This document shows, piece after piece, positions 1 to 11,407 of a stretch of DNA of 64,000 nt. Origin of the DNA: Candidatus Latescibacterota bacterium (GTDB taxonomy: Bacteria; Latescibacterota; UBA2968; UBA8231). The notes beneath the pieces are model-generated. The model was given only the letters and a program-made list of their open reading frames with translations, was not told where the DNA came from and ran no database searches. Position 1 is the first letter of the stretch. Each line of letters begins with the position of its first letter. Made by a program: the position numbers and the translations under genes. The stretch lies in assembly GCA_965204725.1 (NCBI GenBank), contig OZ242005.1, positions 3,808,001 to 3,872,000 of the forward strand. The letters are read 5' to 3'.

Positions 1-556
1 TACCTTGGCGCGGATCGTAGAACTGGGTGGTAGTGGCGTTGGAAAATTCGCAGGTCTTAGTGCCCGTAAAGTAAAAATTGAAAAGGTCGGCCATCATCAG
101 GAAGGTCTGCGCCCATTCCAGCAGGGGCGAGTCGCGCAACGAAAGCAGTTGGTACAAGGTGTTGAGCTTCAAAAACTGTACGCCGGTGCGGGCAAAAATT
201 TCCTCGCGCGGCACCCGGGCGAAGGCTTCCGCTAACATGCCGTCGGTGCGCGGGTCGCGGTAGTTGCGCGGATTGTCCAAGAGCGCGTCGCCGGGGCCGA
301 GGAGGGCAAAATCGACTCCCCAGGTATCGACGCCAAGCGCATCGAGTTCTTGGCCGTGGGTGTGGGCGAAGAGGCCGAGGGCCTGTTTCATCTCGGCGAA
401 GAGGCGCAAAGGATCCCAGTAAAGACGGTCGAAAACTCGCACTGGCCCGTTTGCAAAGCGGTGCAGCGCTTCTAGCGCTAGGCGCTCACCGTCGAAATGC
501 CCGACGATGGCGCGGCCACTCTCGGCCCCTAGGTCAAAGGCGAGCAGCTTGCTCAT
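1..556 (-). CDS. rhaB: Rhamnulokinase / FGGY-family sugar kinase (5' part; runs off window start)
   Basis: Manual translation from ATG at 556: MSKLLAFDLGAESGRA...LGVDTWGVDFALL...NYRDPRT...TGVQFLKLNTLYQL...CEFSNATTTQ, typical RhaB motifs; absent from ORF track because it is truncated. Confidence 0.85.
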   Translation of the reverse strand, partial: MSKLLAFDLGAESGRAIVGHFDGERLALEALHRFANGPVRVFDRLYWDPLRLFAEMKQALGLFAHTHGQELDALGVDTWGVDFALLGPGDALLDNPRNYRDPRTDGMLAEAFARVPREEIFARTGVQFLKLNTLYQLLSLRDSPLLEWAQTFLMMADLFNFYFTGTKTCEFSNATTTQFYDPRQG

Positions 557-831
557 AGGTAGTTGAGGCCGAGTTCGGAGACGAGGGCGCGTGTGTCGTT
601 GTCGAGGAGGGCGCAGATAAGGGCGATGCTCAACTCGCGCTCCATGGCCGCGGCATACGCTGTGTGTTCGTCGCGGAAATTGATCCGCTGGAAGCCGCGG
701 ACGGCCTTTTTGAAATCCTCGCGCCGCTCGTAGAGGACTAGGTGGGCAATGGGCGCGTTGGCGAGTGCCTCGGCCACAAAGGAGACGCCGAAAATTTCCT
801 CCAAGACGTTTCTGAGTTGGCGATGCAGCAT
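553..831 (-). CDS. Hypothetical protein (92 aa)
   Basis: ORF with host-like codon usage; its stop overlaps the rhaB start (ATGA). Confidence 0.6.
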   Translation of the reverse strand: MLHRQLRNVLEEIFGVSFVAEALANAPIAHLVLYERREDFKKAVRGFQRINFRDEHTAYAAAMERELSIALICALLDNDTRALVSELGLNYL

Positions 832-838
832 TAGAGCA

Positions 839-1024
839 TTAGAAGGGATAGACCTCGTCGAGCCTGCGCTTGAGCGCGGTGCTGCGCTGCTCGCTGTCGT
901 CTTCGATCACGTACTGGACGATGGGGGTTCGCCGCCAATAGCTCAACATGGCCTCGAAATGGAGGGTGGGCTGATGAAACTCCAAGCGAAAGACCAAAAA
1001 GGCGCGGAGCAAGTTTTTGACCAT
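839..1024 (-). CDS. Small hypothetical protein (61 aa)
   Basis: Co-oriented ORF filling the gap between purC and the 92-aa ORF. Confidence 0.45.
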   Translation of the reverse strand: MVKNLLRAFLVFRLEFHQPTLHFEAMLSYWRRTPIVQYVIEDDSEQRSTALKRRLDEVYPF

Positions 1025-1073
1025 AGCACTCTAATCGCTGCTTGATTGCTGGGCGAGAGGCAAATGCCGCCCC

Positions 1074-2042
1074 TTAGCGAAGGTACTCGGAAATCCGCTC
1101 CTCAATGCGCTGCAAGACGGGCTTTGCGCCGAGTTCGGCTTTGAAGCCCGTGCCTGTAACCCGTTGAAAAAGGTCGATATAGCGCTCGGCAACTTGGATG
1201 CGGATCTCGTCGTTGAGTGCGGGGATATTGTCATCGGAAATGCCCTTGTCGCGGAGCCACAGGCGCAAAAACTCCTTGTCGAGGCTTTCGGGCTCTGCGC
1301 CGCGAGCGTGGCGCTCTGCGTAGGTATCGCTGATCCAGAAGCGCGACGAGTCGGGCGTGTGGATCTCGTCGGCGAGGGTGATGCGCCCGTCCGCGTCTAG
1401 CCCCATCTCGTACTTGGTATCCACGAGGATTAACCCTTGCTTGGCCGCTAGTTCCTCGCCGCGCGCAAAGAGCGCGAAGGCGATCTCCTCGACTTGGGCC
1501 CAAGTGTCTTCGGGCACCAAGCCTTGGGCGATGATCTCGTCGCGCGAAATCAGCTCGTCGTGGACTTCGTCCTTGGTCGTCGGCGTGATAATCGCTTCGT
1601 CGAAGGGCTGGTTTTTGACCATGCCGTCGGGCAACGTGTGGCCGCAATAGTGGCGGACGCCTCTGTTGTAGTGGGTCCAGATAGCGGTGTCCGAACTACC
1701 CGTTAGGTACTTGCGCACCACCACCTCGACGGGCAAGATACTTAGCTCGCGGGCGACGGTGACGTTGGCGTCGGGCACCGCGAGGACTTGATTGGGGGCG
1801 ATGTCTTGGGTCTGCTCAAACCAGTACTGAGCAATGCGGTTGAGCACTTGGCCTTTGAGGGGGATGGTGCCGAGCACGTGGTCGAACGCGCTCTGGCGGT
1901 CCGTAGTGATCAGGACGCGATGGTTGTCGAGCAGGTACATATCGCGCACCTTCCCGCGTTTGTAGCGAGCCTCCCACTGGGGGAATTTGGCCTCCAGCAG
2001 GCAGTTGTCGAGCTGGGATTGGATTTGTTCGCGCGTTACCAT
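1074..2042 (-). CDS. purC: Phosphoribosylaminoimidazole-succinocarboxamide (SAICAR) synthase
   Basis: GKVRD, TDRQSAFD, PVEVVVRKYLTGS, TPTTK, LVDTKYEMG, DEIHTPDSSRFW, LDKEFLR; start moved to MVTREQ (GAGGG RBS). Confidence 0.95.
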   Translation of the reverse strand: MVTREQIQSQLDNCLLEAKFPQWEARYKRGKVRDMYLLDNHRVLITTDRQSAFDHVLGTIPLKGQVLNRIAQYWFEQTQDIAPNQVLAVPDANVTVARELSILPVEVVVRKYLTGSSDTAIWTHYNRGVRHYCGHTLPDGMVKNQPFDEAIITPTTKDEVHDELISRDEIIAQGLVPEDTWAQVEEIAFALFARGEELAAKQGLILVDTKYEMGLDADGRITLADEIHTPDSSRFWISDTYAERHARGAEPESLDKEFLRLWLRDKGISDDNIPALNDEIRIQVAERYIDLFQRVTGTGFKAELGAKPVLQRIEERISEYLR

Positions 2043-2208
2043 AGAATAGATACCCTCAAGTGAGATCGTGGGATGCGAAAAATTGATATTATGAGCGCAC
2101 CTAAGCCCCGTCAATAGGTTCGGCGTAGAGAGTGCTTGATTTTCGCCTCTCTGCGGCGTATTTTGAGGCCGACAAAGCAGAGAATCTCACCCCTACAGGG
2201 AGGGTCTA

Positions 2209-2691
2209 ATGTCGAGAAAACTGGCTGTGTTGGTGTTGGCAGTGGGTCTGGTCGCCTGCGGTAGCGAGGAGGCGGAAAGACAGATCCTGATCGATTACGT
2301 AGAGCAGATGCAGAAACTAGACAACAAAAACAGGCAGGTTGTCGAGACCATTGAGCATTTGAGAAAACCGCTCTCCGAGATTGCTGAGCCGGACTTGGCT
2401 AAAGCGCGCCGACTCATCAACGACTATGTCACAGAGTTGAAAGGGCTCGTGCCAGACGATCTGGACTATAAAGAACTGCGCTTGGCCCACAACCTCTATG
2501 TCACAAAGGTAGCGGAAGCGATTCCACTGTCCGGGGACAAGGGCCGCGAGCTGCGGCGCGAAAAGAGCAACGTAGATATCGGGGTGCGCCACATTGAGAA
2601 GCTAACCAAACGGCATTACAAAGCTGTCGATATCTTATGGTTGCAGCGGAAGCTCACCGATCCCTATCCCCTCGCATGGCCTTCTAACTAA
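2209..2691 (+). CDS. Hypothetical lipoprotein
   Basis: Signal peptide with lipobox LVAC; GGAGG RBS; helical body. Confidence 0.75.
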   Translation: MSRKLAVLVLAVGLVACGSEEAERQILIDYVEQMQKLDNKNRQVVETIEHLRKPLSEIAEPDLAKARRLINDYVTELKGLVPDDLDYKELRLAHNLYVTKVAEAIPLSGDKGRELRREKSNVDIGVRHIEKLTKRHYKAVDILWLQRKLTDPYPLAWPSN

Positions 2692-2717
2692 CCGCATAAC
2701 CGCAATATCGCACGAAG

Positions 2718-2751
2718 AAAGCCCCCAGCCGCTCGTGGCCGGGGGCTTTTT
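2718..2751. terminator. Rho-independent terminator between convergent genes
   Basis: AAAGCCCCC...GGGGGCTTTTT hairpin. Confidence 0.7.
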
Positions 2752-2756
2752 GCATT

Positions 2757-4235
2757 TCAGGAGGCCCGGTGGAACCAGTGCTGGCCGCTGGAGAGCAAGC
2801 CGGTGTAGAGAAAGCCGGCGTGGAAGAGCAGCAGGAAGGGCATCCCCAAGTACAGGCCGGTCGCGTAGGCGTGATAGACAGCGACGACGAGGTAGAGCGC
2901 CATGCCCAGTTCGCCCAAAGACAGCAGGGGCCAGCGGCTTAGGTACTTGCGCGGCTGGCCTCGGTCGCGGCGGCCGGTAAGCCCGTATTTGGGGGTGCGA
3001 AGGAAATCGGTTTGGTGCCCGACGAGCCCCTCGATCACCGCCCGGGTGTTGTTTATGCAGAGGCTCATGCCAATGGCCATCAGCATGGGCAAGTACTTGA
3101 TCTGCCGCGGCCAATCCGGGTAGAGCACGCGCTGGGAGGTAATGTAGAAGCCGGAAATGGCCATGGTGGCAAAAGAAAACAGCGGCAGATCGATGATAAA
3201 GAGCCGCTCCCAGCCGAGTTGCGAGCGAATGGAGAGCACCGGCAGGGTCAACAGGGCCATCAAGAACATCATGATATAGCAGAGGTTGGCCGTCAGATGA
3301 AAGGTGGCCTCGATCTTGATCTTGGCTGGGAGCGCGGCGTGCCAGATTTGCGGCAGCACCTTCTTGGCCGTCTGCACCGCGCCCTTGGTCCAGCGGTGTT
3401 GTTGCGACTTGAAGGCATTGATCTCAACAGGGATTTCGCCGGGCACTTCAATTTCGGGCAGGTAGCGAAACTGCCAGCCCGCTAGCTGGGCGCGGTAGCT
3501 CAAGTCGAGGTCTTCCGTGAGCGTATCGTGCTGCCAGCCGCCGGCGTCGTAGATGGCTTTTTTGCGCCAGATCCCGGCGGTGCCGTTGAAGTTGAAGAAG
3601 CGGCCCGAGCGGTTGCGGGCCGTGTGCTCAACGACGAAGTGCCCGTCGAGAAAGATCGACTGGATGCGCGTTAGGAGCGAGTAGGAGCGATTGAGATGCC
3701 CCCACCGCATTTGGACCATGCCGATGGAGTCGTCTGTAAAGTAGTGAATAGCCCGTTGTAAGATGTCGGGCGGGGGCACGAAATCGGCGTCGAGGACCAA
3801 CACGAATTCGCCCCGGGCGCGCGCTAGTCCAGCGGCCAGTGCTCCGGCCTTAAAGCCGTGGCGCTCGGTGCGGCCCATGTACTCGACCTCTAGCGCTTGG
3901 GCCGTCAGCCGCGCGGCCCCTTCCCGCGCCTTGTCGCGGGTTTCGTCCTGAGAATCGTCGAGGATCTGGATTTGCAAGCGGTCGCGGGGATAGTCAATCC
4001 GGCCCACGGCCTCTAGCAGGCGCTCGATTACGTGGTATTCGTTGTAGAGCGGTAACTGGACCGTGACGAAGGGCAGCTCGGCAAAGCGGCTGGGCTCGGG
4101 AATCGGGGTTGGGTGATGCCGATAAAACAGGCGCAGTAGCTGGTAGCGGTGGAAGCCGTACACCCCGAGAACGGCGATGATCATGCTGTACACCACCAGA
4201 CAAAGTACTTCCCAGAAGGCCATGTCGCTTGCCAC
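2757..4235 (-). CDS. GT2 glycosyltransferase, cellulose-synthase-like, membrane-bound
   Basis: QLPLYNE, DDS, GFKAG, DADF, TEDLD, QQHRW (D,D,D,QxxRW) and transmembrane helices. Confidence 0.9.
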   Translation of the reverse strand: MASDMAFWEVLCLVVYSMIIAVLGVYGFHRYQLLRLFYRHHPTPIPEPSRFAELPFVTVQLPLYNEYHVIERLLEAVGRIDYPRDRLQIQILDDSQDETRDKAREGAARLTAQALEVEYMGRTERHGFKAGALAAGLARARGEFVLVLDADFVPPPDILQRAIHYFTDDSIGMVQMRWGHLNRSYSLLTRIQSIFLDGHFVVEHTARNRSGRFFNFNGTAGIWRKKAIYDAGGWQHDTLTEDLDLSYRAQLAGWQFRYLPEIEVPGEIPVEINAFKSQQHRWTKGAVQTAKKVLPQIWHAALPAKIKIEATFHLTANLCYIMMFLMALLTLPVLSIRSQLGWERLFIIDLPLFSFATMAISGFYITSQRVLYPDWPRQIKYLPMLMAIGMSLCINNTRAVIEGLVGHQTDFLRTPKYGLTGRRDRGQPRKYLSRWPLLSLGELGMALYLVVAVYHAYATGLYLGMPFLLLFHAGFLYTGLLSSGQHWFHRAS

Positions 4236-4238
4236 CGC

Positions 4239-7200
4239 TCAGGCATTGATGCCGTGGCAGCGCTTGTACTTCTTGCCGCTGCCGCAGGGACAAGGGGCGT
4301 TGCGCCCCACCTTGGGCTGGTTGCGGACGACCGGCTGGCGCACGGCTCGGCCCTCGCTGCTGCCGCCGCCCGACCCGCGCAGTTGTGCGGGCCGGCTGGG
4401 GCCGCCCGTCGGGGCCGACTCGACGCCGCGAAAGCCCATATTGGTGGCGTCTTGGTGAACCGCGTTGATGCGGCCTAGCGAGGGGGCCGGTCCCAAAGCC
4501 TCGGGGCCGATGGCGATGCGGAGCTGGAAGAGGTTCCGCAGCGTCTCTTGGGCAATGCGGCCGATTAGGCTCTCAAACATGTCGTAGGCCCCCCGCTTGT
4601 ATTCTATGAGGGGGTTTTTCCCGCCGACGCCGACAAAACCGATCCCGTCCCTGAGCTCGTCAATTTCGTGAAGGTGCTCCTGCCAGCAAGTGTCGATGGT
4701 GCGCAGGGCGATGCTCTTTTCAACTTCGCGAAAAATCTCCTCGCCGACGGCGTCGATGCGGCGCTGATAGGCTTCGCGGACGATGGCGAGCAGCTGTTCG
4801 CGCAGGCCCTCGACGCTGGCTTCGGCCCGCTCGTCTGCGGAGATGGTGCAACCCAAAAAGAAGGTGCTGCCAAACTCGGTTTGCAGGCCCTCCCAATCCC
4901 AGTCCTCGGCTGGGCCGTCTGCATTGATGGACGAGGCCAAGATGCCATCGACGCTCTCTTCGATCATGTCCGCGATTTGCTCATAAGCGCTCTCTTGCTC
5001 TAAAAGGTCGCGCCGGCGGTTGTAGATGACTTGGCGCTGCTGGTTCATGACGTCGTCGTAGTCGAGCACGTGCTTGCGCATCTCAAAGTTGCGGGCCTCG
5101 ACCTTCTTTTGCGCCCGCTCAATCGACCGCGTGACCATGCCGGCCTCAATGACCTCGCCCTCTTCAGCCCCGAGCTTATCCATGACGGCGGCGATGCGCT
5201 CCGAGCCAAAGAGCCGCATGAGGTCGTCCTCGAGACACAAGTAGAAGCGCGAGGAACCGGGGTCGCCTTGGCGGCCCGAGCGGCCGCGCAACTGGCGATC
5301 GATGCGCCGCGCCTCGTGGCGCTCGGTGCCGATGACCTGTAAGCCGCAGGGGTTTTCTTGCAGATACTGGCGCAGGCCCTCGCCAGAAGGCAGCTTGTCG
5401 TCGAGCGTGAGGTCGGACTCAATGCTCTGGCGGTCGAGGTGAACTACCTTGGGGGCCAGCTTAATGTCCGTGCCGCGCCCGGCCATATTGGTGGCAATGG
5501 TGACGGCACCGGCTCGGCCCGCTTCGGCGACGATTTGGGCCTCTTTGTCGTGGTGGCGGGCGTTGAGCAACTGGTGCTTGATGCCGCGTCGGCTGAGCAT
5601 CCGGCTGAGCAGCTCGGAGACCTCGACCGAGATGGTGCCGACTAACACCGGCAGGTCGAGCGCATGCAGACGGTCAATTTCCTCGATGATCGCGTTGTAC
5701 TTCTCGCGCTTGGTGCGGAATATCTGGTCCTCTTGGTCAAAGCGGCGAATCGGGCGGTTGGTGGGGATGACGGCCACGTCGAGCTTGTAAATCTCCCACA
5801 GTTCGCTGGCCTCGGTCTCGGCCGTACCGGTCATGCCGGCCAACTTGTGATACATGCGGAAGAGATTCTGCACGGTTATGGAGGCTACCGTGCGGGTTTC
5901 GTCTTGTAGCGTCACCCCCTCTTTAGCCTCTATCGCTTGGTGTATCCCATCGGCAAAGCGCCGGCCGGGCTGCGGGCGGCCCGTGGCTTCATCGACGATG
6001 ACCACCCGCCCGTCTTCGGAGACGAGGTACTGCACATCCTTCTCAAAGAGGGTATAGGCTTTCATCAGTTGGTTGATGTTGTGGACCGCTTGGCTTTTCT
6101 CGGCGTACGTGCGGTGGGCGTCCTCCTCTTGGCGGGCCTTTTCCTCGGCATTTAGGTCTGGGGCGTTGCGGATCGCATCGACCTCAATGCTAATATCGGG
6201 CAGCACGAAGAGGGCCTGCTCATTGGGTGAGAGCAAGTCGCGCCCCTTCTCGGTTAAGTCGATGGTGTTGGCCTTCTCATCGACGACGAAGAAGAGATCC
6301 TCGTCGATCTCGTTGAGGCGCTTGTCGCGCATGTAATCGGCCTCGATCCGGTTGATCAGCCGCTTGACGCCTTCCTCTTGCAAAATTTTGGCCAACCGGC
6401 GATTGGTAGGAGCCCCTCGGGTGGCCTTGAGTAGTCCGATCCCGGTGTCGTAGTCGTATTCGCCCGTTTCCTTGCTCGTCTGCCCGGCTCCGGCGATGAT
6501 TTTGTTGACCAAGTTGGTTTGTGCCCTCATTAGCCGCTCCACGAGGGGGCGCATCTCTTTGTATTGATTGGTGGAGTCGGGGACCGCCCCGGAGAGAATG
6601 AGCGGCGTCCGCGCCTCGTCGATGAGGATCGAGTCGGCTTCATCGACGATGGCGTAGTTGAATTCGCGCTGCATCAGGTCTTCGAGCTGCACGGCCGTGT
6701 TGTCGCGAAGGTAATCAAAGCCGACTTGGCTGTGATTGGCGTACACAATATCGGCATTGTACGCGGCCTTGTGGTCGGTCTGTTTCCAGCGAAATTCCTC
6801 GGGGACGCCCTCGGGTGCTTGGAGCAAAAAGGCCTCGGCCCCGGTCTGAAACACATCTTGGATAATACCCACGGACATCCCCAAGAAATTGTATATCGGC
6901 CCCATCCACATGGCGTCGCGCCGGGCGAGGTATTCGTTGTGGGTGACGAGGTGAACCCCGCGTTGGGGTATGGCGTTGAGGAAGAGGGGCATCGTCGCCA
7001 CGAGGGTCTTGCCCTCGCCGGTAGCCATTTCGGCGATCTTGCCTTGGTGCAGCGAGATGCCGCCGAATATCTGGACATCGTAGGGCACCATGTCCCACTC
7101 CACGGACTCGCCGGCGCGGTCCCACGCGCGACCCAAGAGCCGGCGGCACGTCTCGACCACCATGGCGAAGGCTTCGGGCATGATTTCGTCGAGGAAGGCG

Positions 7201-7499
7201 ACTTCCACGTCGCGGATGGTTTTGTCTAGCTCGCCGTACTGGTCGTTGAGCTGCTCGCGCTCTTCGGGGACTAGATCGCCGCGCAGACGCGCTTCGATTG
7301 CTTCGAGCTGCTGGCGGCTGTCCGCGTTGCGCGTGCGTAGATCTTGGCGGAAAGTCGCGGTTTTGGCTTGCAGCTGAGCGTCGCTCAGGGATTGGTACGA
7401 AGCCGCTAGCTGACTGATCTGGCTCACTTGGGGCTGAGTGCGCTTGAACTGGCGCGTAGCCTGCGAACCAAAGAACTTTTTTACGAACAAGTTGAACAT
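4239..7499 (-). CDS. secA: Preprotein translocase ATPase SecA
   Basis: [49 protein letters not shown]-terminal [17 protein letters not shown]; start at MFNLF (GAGG RBS). Confidence 0.97.
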   Translation of the reverse strand: MFNLFVKKFFGSQATRQFKRTQPQVSQISQLAASYQSLSDAQLQAKTATFRQDLRTRNADSRQQLEAIEARLRGDLVPEEREQLNDQYGELDKTIRDVEVAFLDEIMPEAFAMVVETCRRLLGRAWDRAGESVEWDMVPYDVQIFGGISLHQGKIAEMATGEGKTLVATMPLFLNAIPQRGVHLVTHNEYLARRDAMWMGPIYNFLGMSVGIIQDVFQTGAEAFLLQAPEGVPEEFRWKQTDHKAAYNADIVYANHSQVGFDYLRDNTAVQLEDLMQREFNYAIVDEADSILIDEARTPLILSGAVPDSTNQYKEMRPLVERLMRAQTNLVNKIIAGAGQTSKETGEYDYDTGIGLLKATRGAPTNRRLAKILQEEGVKRLINRIEADYMRDKRLNEIDEDLFFVVDEKANTIDLTEKGRDLLSPNEQALFVLPDISIEVDAIRNAPDLNAEEKARQEEDAHRTYAEKSQAVHNINQLMKAYTLFEKDVQYLVSEDGRVVIVDEATGRPQPGRRFADGIHQAIEAKEGVTLQDETRTVASITVQNLFRMYHKLAGMTGTAETEASELWEIYKLDVAVIPTNRPIRRFDQEDQIFRTKREKYNAIIEEIDRLHALDLPVLVGTISVEVSELLSRMLSRRGIKHQLLNARHHDKEAQIVAEAGRAGAVTIATNMAGRGTDIKLAPKVVHLDRQSIESDLTLDDKLPSGEGLRQYLQENPCGLQVIGTERHEARRIDRQLRGRSGRQGDPGSSRFYLCLEDDLMRLFGSERIAAVMDKLGAEEGEVIEAGMVTRSIERAQKKVEARNFEMRKHVLDYDDVMNQQRQVIYNRRRDLLEQESAYEQIADMIEESVDGILASSINADGPAEDWDWEGLQTEFGSTFFLGCTISADERAEASVEGLREQLLAIVREAYQRRIDAVGEEIFREVEKSIALRTIDTCWQEHLHEIDELRDGIGFVGVGGKNPLIEYKRGAYDMFESLIGRIAQETLRNLFQLRIAIGPEALGPAPSLGRINAVHQDATNMGFRGVESAPTGGPSRPAQLRGSGGGSSEGRAVRQPVVRNQPKVGRNAPCPCGSGKKYKRCHGINA

Positions 7500-7530
7500 G
7501 CTAAATCCTCTTGAAACGAGTGCCAGAACC

Positions 7531-7998
7531 TCAGACGCTGAGTCCCTTCTGGCGCACGACGCCATCGAGGACGCCATTGACGAAGGCATAGGACTTGTCG
7601 GTGCTGTACGACTTGGCGAGTTCGATCGCTTCAGAAATGGAGACCCGGACGGGAATTTCCTCGATAAAGAGCATTTCGGCCAAGGCCAAGCGCAGGATTA
7701 AGCGATCGATGCGGGCGACGCGCTCCCAGCGCCAGTGCTGGACCCGGGCCGCTGCCAGCGCGTCCAATTCGGCCGCATGTTCGGCCGCGCGACGCAAGAG
7801 TTCGGCCGCAAAGGATTGCACCTCCTGCGCCAAGCCAAAGCGCACGCAGAGCTGATCGAGTGCGCCGAGTGAATCGGCCTGTGCGCTCTGCTCCCAGTAC
7901 AGAGCCTGCAAGGCCACTTGGCGGGCGCCGTGGCGGTTGTTGGGAGGTGCCTCGTCGGCCGAGGTTCCATCGCCAAAAAAATCGTCTTCGCCGCTCAT
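7531..7998 (-). CDS. nusB: Transcription antitermination factor NusB
   Basis: [35 protein letters not shown]; follows ribH. Confidence 0.93.
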   Translation of the reverse strand: MSGEDDFFGDGTSADEAPPNNRHGARQVALQALYWEQSAQADSLGALDQLCVRFGLAQEVQSFAAELLRRAAEHAAELDALAAARVQHWRWERVARIDRLILRLALAEMLFIEEIPVRVSISEAIELAKSYSTDKSYAFVNGVLDGVVRQKGLSV

Positions 7999-8462
7999 CC
8001 CAACTCGGCCATCAAGCTGGCCATTTCAACCGCATTGAGGGCCGCGTCCCAGCCGCGATTGCCGGCCTTGACGCCGGCGCGCTGCACGGCCTGCTCAACG
8101 GTGTCGGCCGTGATGACGCCAAAGATCACCGGAATGCCGCTGTCGAGGCCGACGCGGGCGATGCCCTTGGCCGACTCGCCAGCCACGTAGTCGAAGTGGG
8201 GAGTATCGCTGCGGACGATGGCCCCCAGACAGATGACGACGTCAAAGCGCCCCAAACTCGCCAACTTCTTGGCGGCAATGGGCAACTCAAAGGCCCCAGG
8301 AACCCAAGCGATCTCAATGTCGCTGCCGTCGCCCCCGTGTCGCTGGATGCAGTCCAACGCGCCATCGAGGAGCCGGGTGGTCACCAAGTCGTTGAAGCGG
8401 CTGACCGCAATGCCGAACCTGCGACCTCGGGCGTCGAGCTGTCCTTCATGCACTTTTGGCAT
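7995..8462 (-). CDS. ribH: 6,7-dimethyl-8-ribityllumazine synthase
   Basis: [28 protein letters not shown]. Confidence 0.96.
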   Translation of the reverse strand: MPKVHEGQLDARGRRFGIAVSRFNDLVTTRLLDGALDCIQRHGGDGSDIEIAWVPGAFELPIAAKKLASLGRFDVVICLGAIVRSDTPHFDYVAGESAKGIARVGLDSGIPVIFGVITADTVEQAVQRAGVKAGNRGWDAALNAVEMASLMAELG

Positions 8463-8465
8463 CGT

Positions 8466-9695
8466 TTAGTCCTCAGCGGCTGCGCACTTGAGCAAGAGGG
8501 CGTGGCCCATCTTGTCGCGCTTGGTTGTTAGGTAGCGGATATTGTGCGGGTTGGGAGCGGCCTCAATAGGCACTTGCTCAACGACGGTTAGGCCGTAGGC
8601 CTCCAAGCCGACCCGCTTCTTGGGATTGTTGGTCAAAAAGCGCACTCGGCGCAATCCTAGATCGTAGAGCACTTGGGCACCAATGCCGTAGTCGCGCGAG
8701 TCCATGGGGTGGCCGAGGGCGTGGTTGGCCTCAATGGTGTCGAGCCCCTGTTGCTGTTGCAACTCATAAGCCTTGAGCTTGTGCAAAATGCCGATGCCGC
8801 GCCCTTCGTGGTGCTGGATATAGACGATGACGCCGCGTCCCTCGGCCGCAATGAGTTGCATGGATTGCGTGAGCTGTTCGCCGCAGTCGCATAGCAGTGA
8901 GCCGAGCGCGTCGCCCGTCAGACAACCGGAGTGCATGCGGACCAAGGTGTCGCGGCCATCGGCGACCTCGCCGTACACGAAAGCAAGGTACGGGTTGTCG
9001 TCCACCAAGCTGCGGTACGCATAGGCCGTGAATTCGCCGTAGCGGGTTGGCATGGGCGACTGAGCCTCTAGATGGATCAGTTTCTCGGTGCGGCGGCGAT
9101 GGGCAATGAGGTCGTGGATGGTGGTAATTTTGCAGCCGTGTTCGCGGGCGAAGCCGAGCAAGTAGGATGCGTCGGCCAGTGCCCCGGCTTCGTCGAGGAT
9201 GGCGGCGATCAAGGCCACGGGCTGGCAATCGGCCATCTGGGCCAAATCAACCGCGGCTTCAGTGTGCCCGGCGCGGCGCAACACCCCGCCCGGTTGGGCT
9301 TGGAGCGGCGTGACGTGCCCCGGCTGGACGAAGTCTTCGGGGACGCTGTTGGGATCGGCTAGTTTGCGAATAGTCGTAGCGCGGTCCTGAGCCGAAACGC
9401 CGGTGCCCTCCATGGCGCGGGCATTGACCGAGACCATGATCGAGGCGTCTAGAGGCTCGTGGGCCTTGGAGACCTGTAGGTGTAGTTCGAGGGCTTTGAG
9501 ATGCTCCCTAGCGGCGGCGACTACGGGCGGGCTGCTAGCACAGCGCGTCATGAAGTTGACTGAGGTGGCAGTGGCCCGCTCGGCGAGCATTACCAGTACG
9601 CCCTCGCCCACGGCTTCGCACTCGTCAACGAGCACGACCATGCGGCCGTTTTGCAGGTCTTCGACCACCTCTTCAATGGTATTGAAATCGAGCAT
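8466..9695 (-). CDS. ribBA: Bifunctional DHBP synthase / GTP cyclohydrolase II (DHBP domain degenerate)
   Basis: PGHV, RAGHTEA; RMHSGCLTGD, CDC, EGRGIG, RDYGIGAQ, LTNNPKK. Confidence 0.92.
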   Translation of the reverse strand: MLDFNTIEEVVEDLQNGRMVVLVDECEAVGEGVLVMLAERATATSVNFMTRCASSPPVVAAAREHLKALELHLQVSKAHEPLDASIMVSVNARAMEGTGVSAQDRATTIRKLADPNSVPEDFVQPGHVTPLQAQPGGVLRRAGHTEAAVDLAQMADCQPVALIAAILDEAGALADASYLLGFAREHGCKITTIHDLIAHRRRTEKLIHLEAQSPMPTRYGEFTAYAYRSLVDDNPYLAFVYGEVADGRDTLVRMHSGCLTGDALGSLLCDCGEQLTQSMQLIAAEGRGVIVYIQHHEGRGIGILHKLKAYELQQQQGLDTIEANHALGHPMDSRDYGIGAQVLYDLGLRRVRFLTNNPKKRVGLEAYGLTVVEQVPIEAAPNPHNIRYLTTKRDKMGHALLLKCAAAED

Positions 9696-9698
9696 TGC

Positions 9699-10328
9699 TC
9701 AGTATCCCATATCGCGCAAGTTCTCAAAGCTGAGTTGGGGTTTGTCGCCGAGCAAACGCTCGACATAGCGGGCGATCACATCCACTTCGAGGTTGACAGA
9801 ATCGCCGGTGCGCCGGTGGCTAAGCGTTGTATTAGCAAATGTATGCGGTATGACCGCAACCGTAAAGGCATCGCCGCTGACCTCGGCCACCGTCAGGCTG
9901 ATGCCGTCGAGGGCCACCGAGCCTTTGGCGGCGATGTAGCGGGCGAGCGCGGGCGGCGGCTCGATCTCGAAGCGATGCTCTTGGTCGCGCTCCGTGCGCC
10001 GGCGAATGCGGGCTACGCCATCAACGTGCCCCAAGACGAGGTGACCGTCGAGCCGCTGGTCGGCGCGGAGGGCGCGCTCTAGGTTGACGGCTTGCCCGAT
10101 GGCGAGGATGCCCAAGGTCGTGCGGGCGAGCGTTTCGGGGACCGTCTCGACCGCAAAGCCGCCCTCTGTGATGGTCACGACCGTCTGGCAAACCCCGTCG
10201 ATATTGACGCTGTCCCCCACCTGCAAGCCGGGGAGAACGCGCTCGGCCTCAATCTCCAACTGCTGGAACAGGCCTCGGCGCGCGCGGCCGCGCACCCTTC
10301 CCAGTTCTTCTATGAGTCCGGTGAACAA
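9699..10328 (-). CDS. ribE: Riboflavin synthase alpha chain
   Basis: MFTGLIEE, DGVCQTV, VNLERAL, GHVDG, KGSVALDGISLT, VNLEVD. Confidence 0.95.
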   Translation of the reverse strand: MFTGLIEELGRVRGRARRGLFQQLEIEAERVLPGLQVGDSVNIDGVCQTVVTITEGGFAVETVPETLARTTLGILAIGQAVNLERALRADQRLDGHLVLGHVDGVARIRRRTERDQEHRFEIEPPPALARYIAAKGSVALDGISLTVAEVSGDAFTVAVIPHTFANTTLSHRRTGDSVNLEVDVIARYVERLLGDKPQLSFENLRDMGY

Positions 10329-11407
10329 GTATATCGTACCTCAGCCGTGTAGAGCAGATCGGGACCGAGCCGCTGGGTGCGGCTGGACGCCAAGTGAATG
10401 GCCTCGGCTGCGCGTTCGATCCCCAAGTCGCCAATGGCAGCAACGCCTTCGCCCATCAGTCGCGGTGCGAGGTAGAGCAGGACTTGGTCGACGACGCGGT
10501 CGCTGAGTGCGGCCGCGGCCAACTGGCCACCGCCTTCAATGAGGACGCTGGTCATGCCCTCGCGCGCCATGCGTCCAAGCGGTTGGCGCAAGTCAATGCG
10601 CCCGGCAGCCGCCGGAAAAGTCCAAACCTCGGCTCCTTGGGCCGCGTAGGCTCGGCACTGGTCGGCGGGCGCGTCCTGTGCGGTGACGAGCACGGCACCG
10701 GGCCGCTGATAGACGCGCGCCTCGGGTGAAGTGCGCAAGCGACCGTCTATGACGATGGGCCGCGGATCGCGCCCGGGGACGTGGCGCACCGTCAGGAGGG
10801 GGTCGTCGGCTTGCACTGTGCCCGCGCCTACGGCTACGGCATCGACCCAAGAGCGCCAGCGGTGGACGTGACGCCGCGCTCGGGTGCCCGTGATCCAACG
10901 CGCATCGCCGCTGCGGGCCGCAATGCGACCATCGAGGGTCTGCGCGAGCTTGAGCAAGACCCAAGGCAGGTTTTGGGTGCGGTGTTTGATGTACGCTGCG
11001 TTGAGGCGGCGCGCCTCTTCAGCGCAAAGCCCGACTTCAACGACAACGCCTTTTTCCCGCAGCGCGGCGATTCCCCGCCCGGCCACCCGCTCGTCGGGGT
11101 CTTCCAGCGCACAGTAGAGCCTTTTAATGCCCGCGTGCAGCACGGCTTCGGTGCAGGGTGGGGTGCGGCCGTGGAAGGAGCAGGGCTCCAGCGTGACATA
11201 GAGATCGGCCCCCCGCGCCTCGGCCCCGGCCCCGCGCAGGGCGTGGACCTCGGCGTGGGAGCCGCCGACCTGCAAGTGGGCCCCTTCGCCGACGATGCGG
11301 TCCCCGCGCACCACAACCGCGCCGACCAAGGGATTAGGGCTAACCTTGCCTCGCCCTCGTTGCGCCAACCGCAGGGCGCGGCGCATGTATTGCGCGGGTG
11401 CGTTCAC
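10310..11407 (-). CDS. ribD: Diaminohydroxyphosphoribosylaminopyrimidine deaminase/reductase
   Basis: PNPLVG, HAE, TLEPC..GRTPPC, LDGRIA, EGG. Confidence 0.95.
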   Translation of the reverse strand: MNAPAQYMRRALRLAQRGRGKVSPNPLVGAVVVRGDRIVGEGAHLQVGGSHAEVHALRGAGAEARGADLYVTLEPCSFHGRTPPCTEAVLHAGIKRLYCALEDPDERVAGRGIAALREKGVVVEVGLCAEEARRLNAAYIKHRTQNLPWVLLKLAQTLDGRIAARSGDARWITGTRARRHVHRWRSWVDAVAVGAGTVQADDPLLTVRHVPGRDPRPIVIDGRLRTSPEARVYQRPGAVLVTAQDAPADQCRAYAAQGAEVWTFPAAAGRIDLRQPLGRMAREGMTSVLIEGGGQLAAAALSDRVVDQVLLYLAPRLMGEGVAAIGDLGIERAAEAIHLASSRTQRLGPDLLYTAEVRYTCSPDS

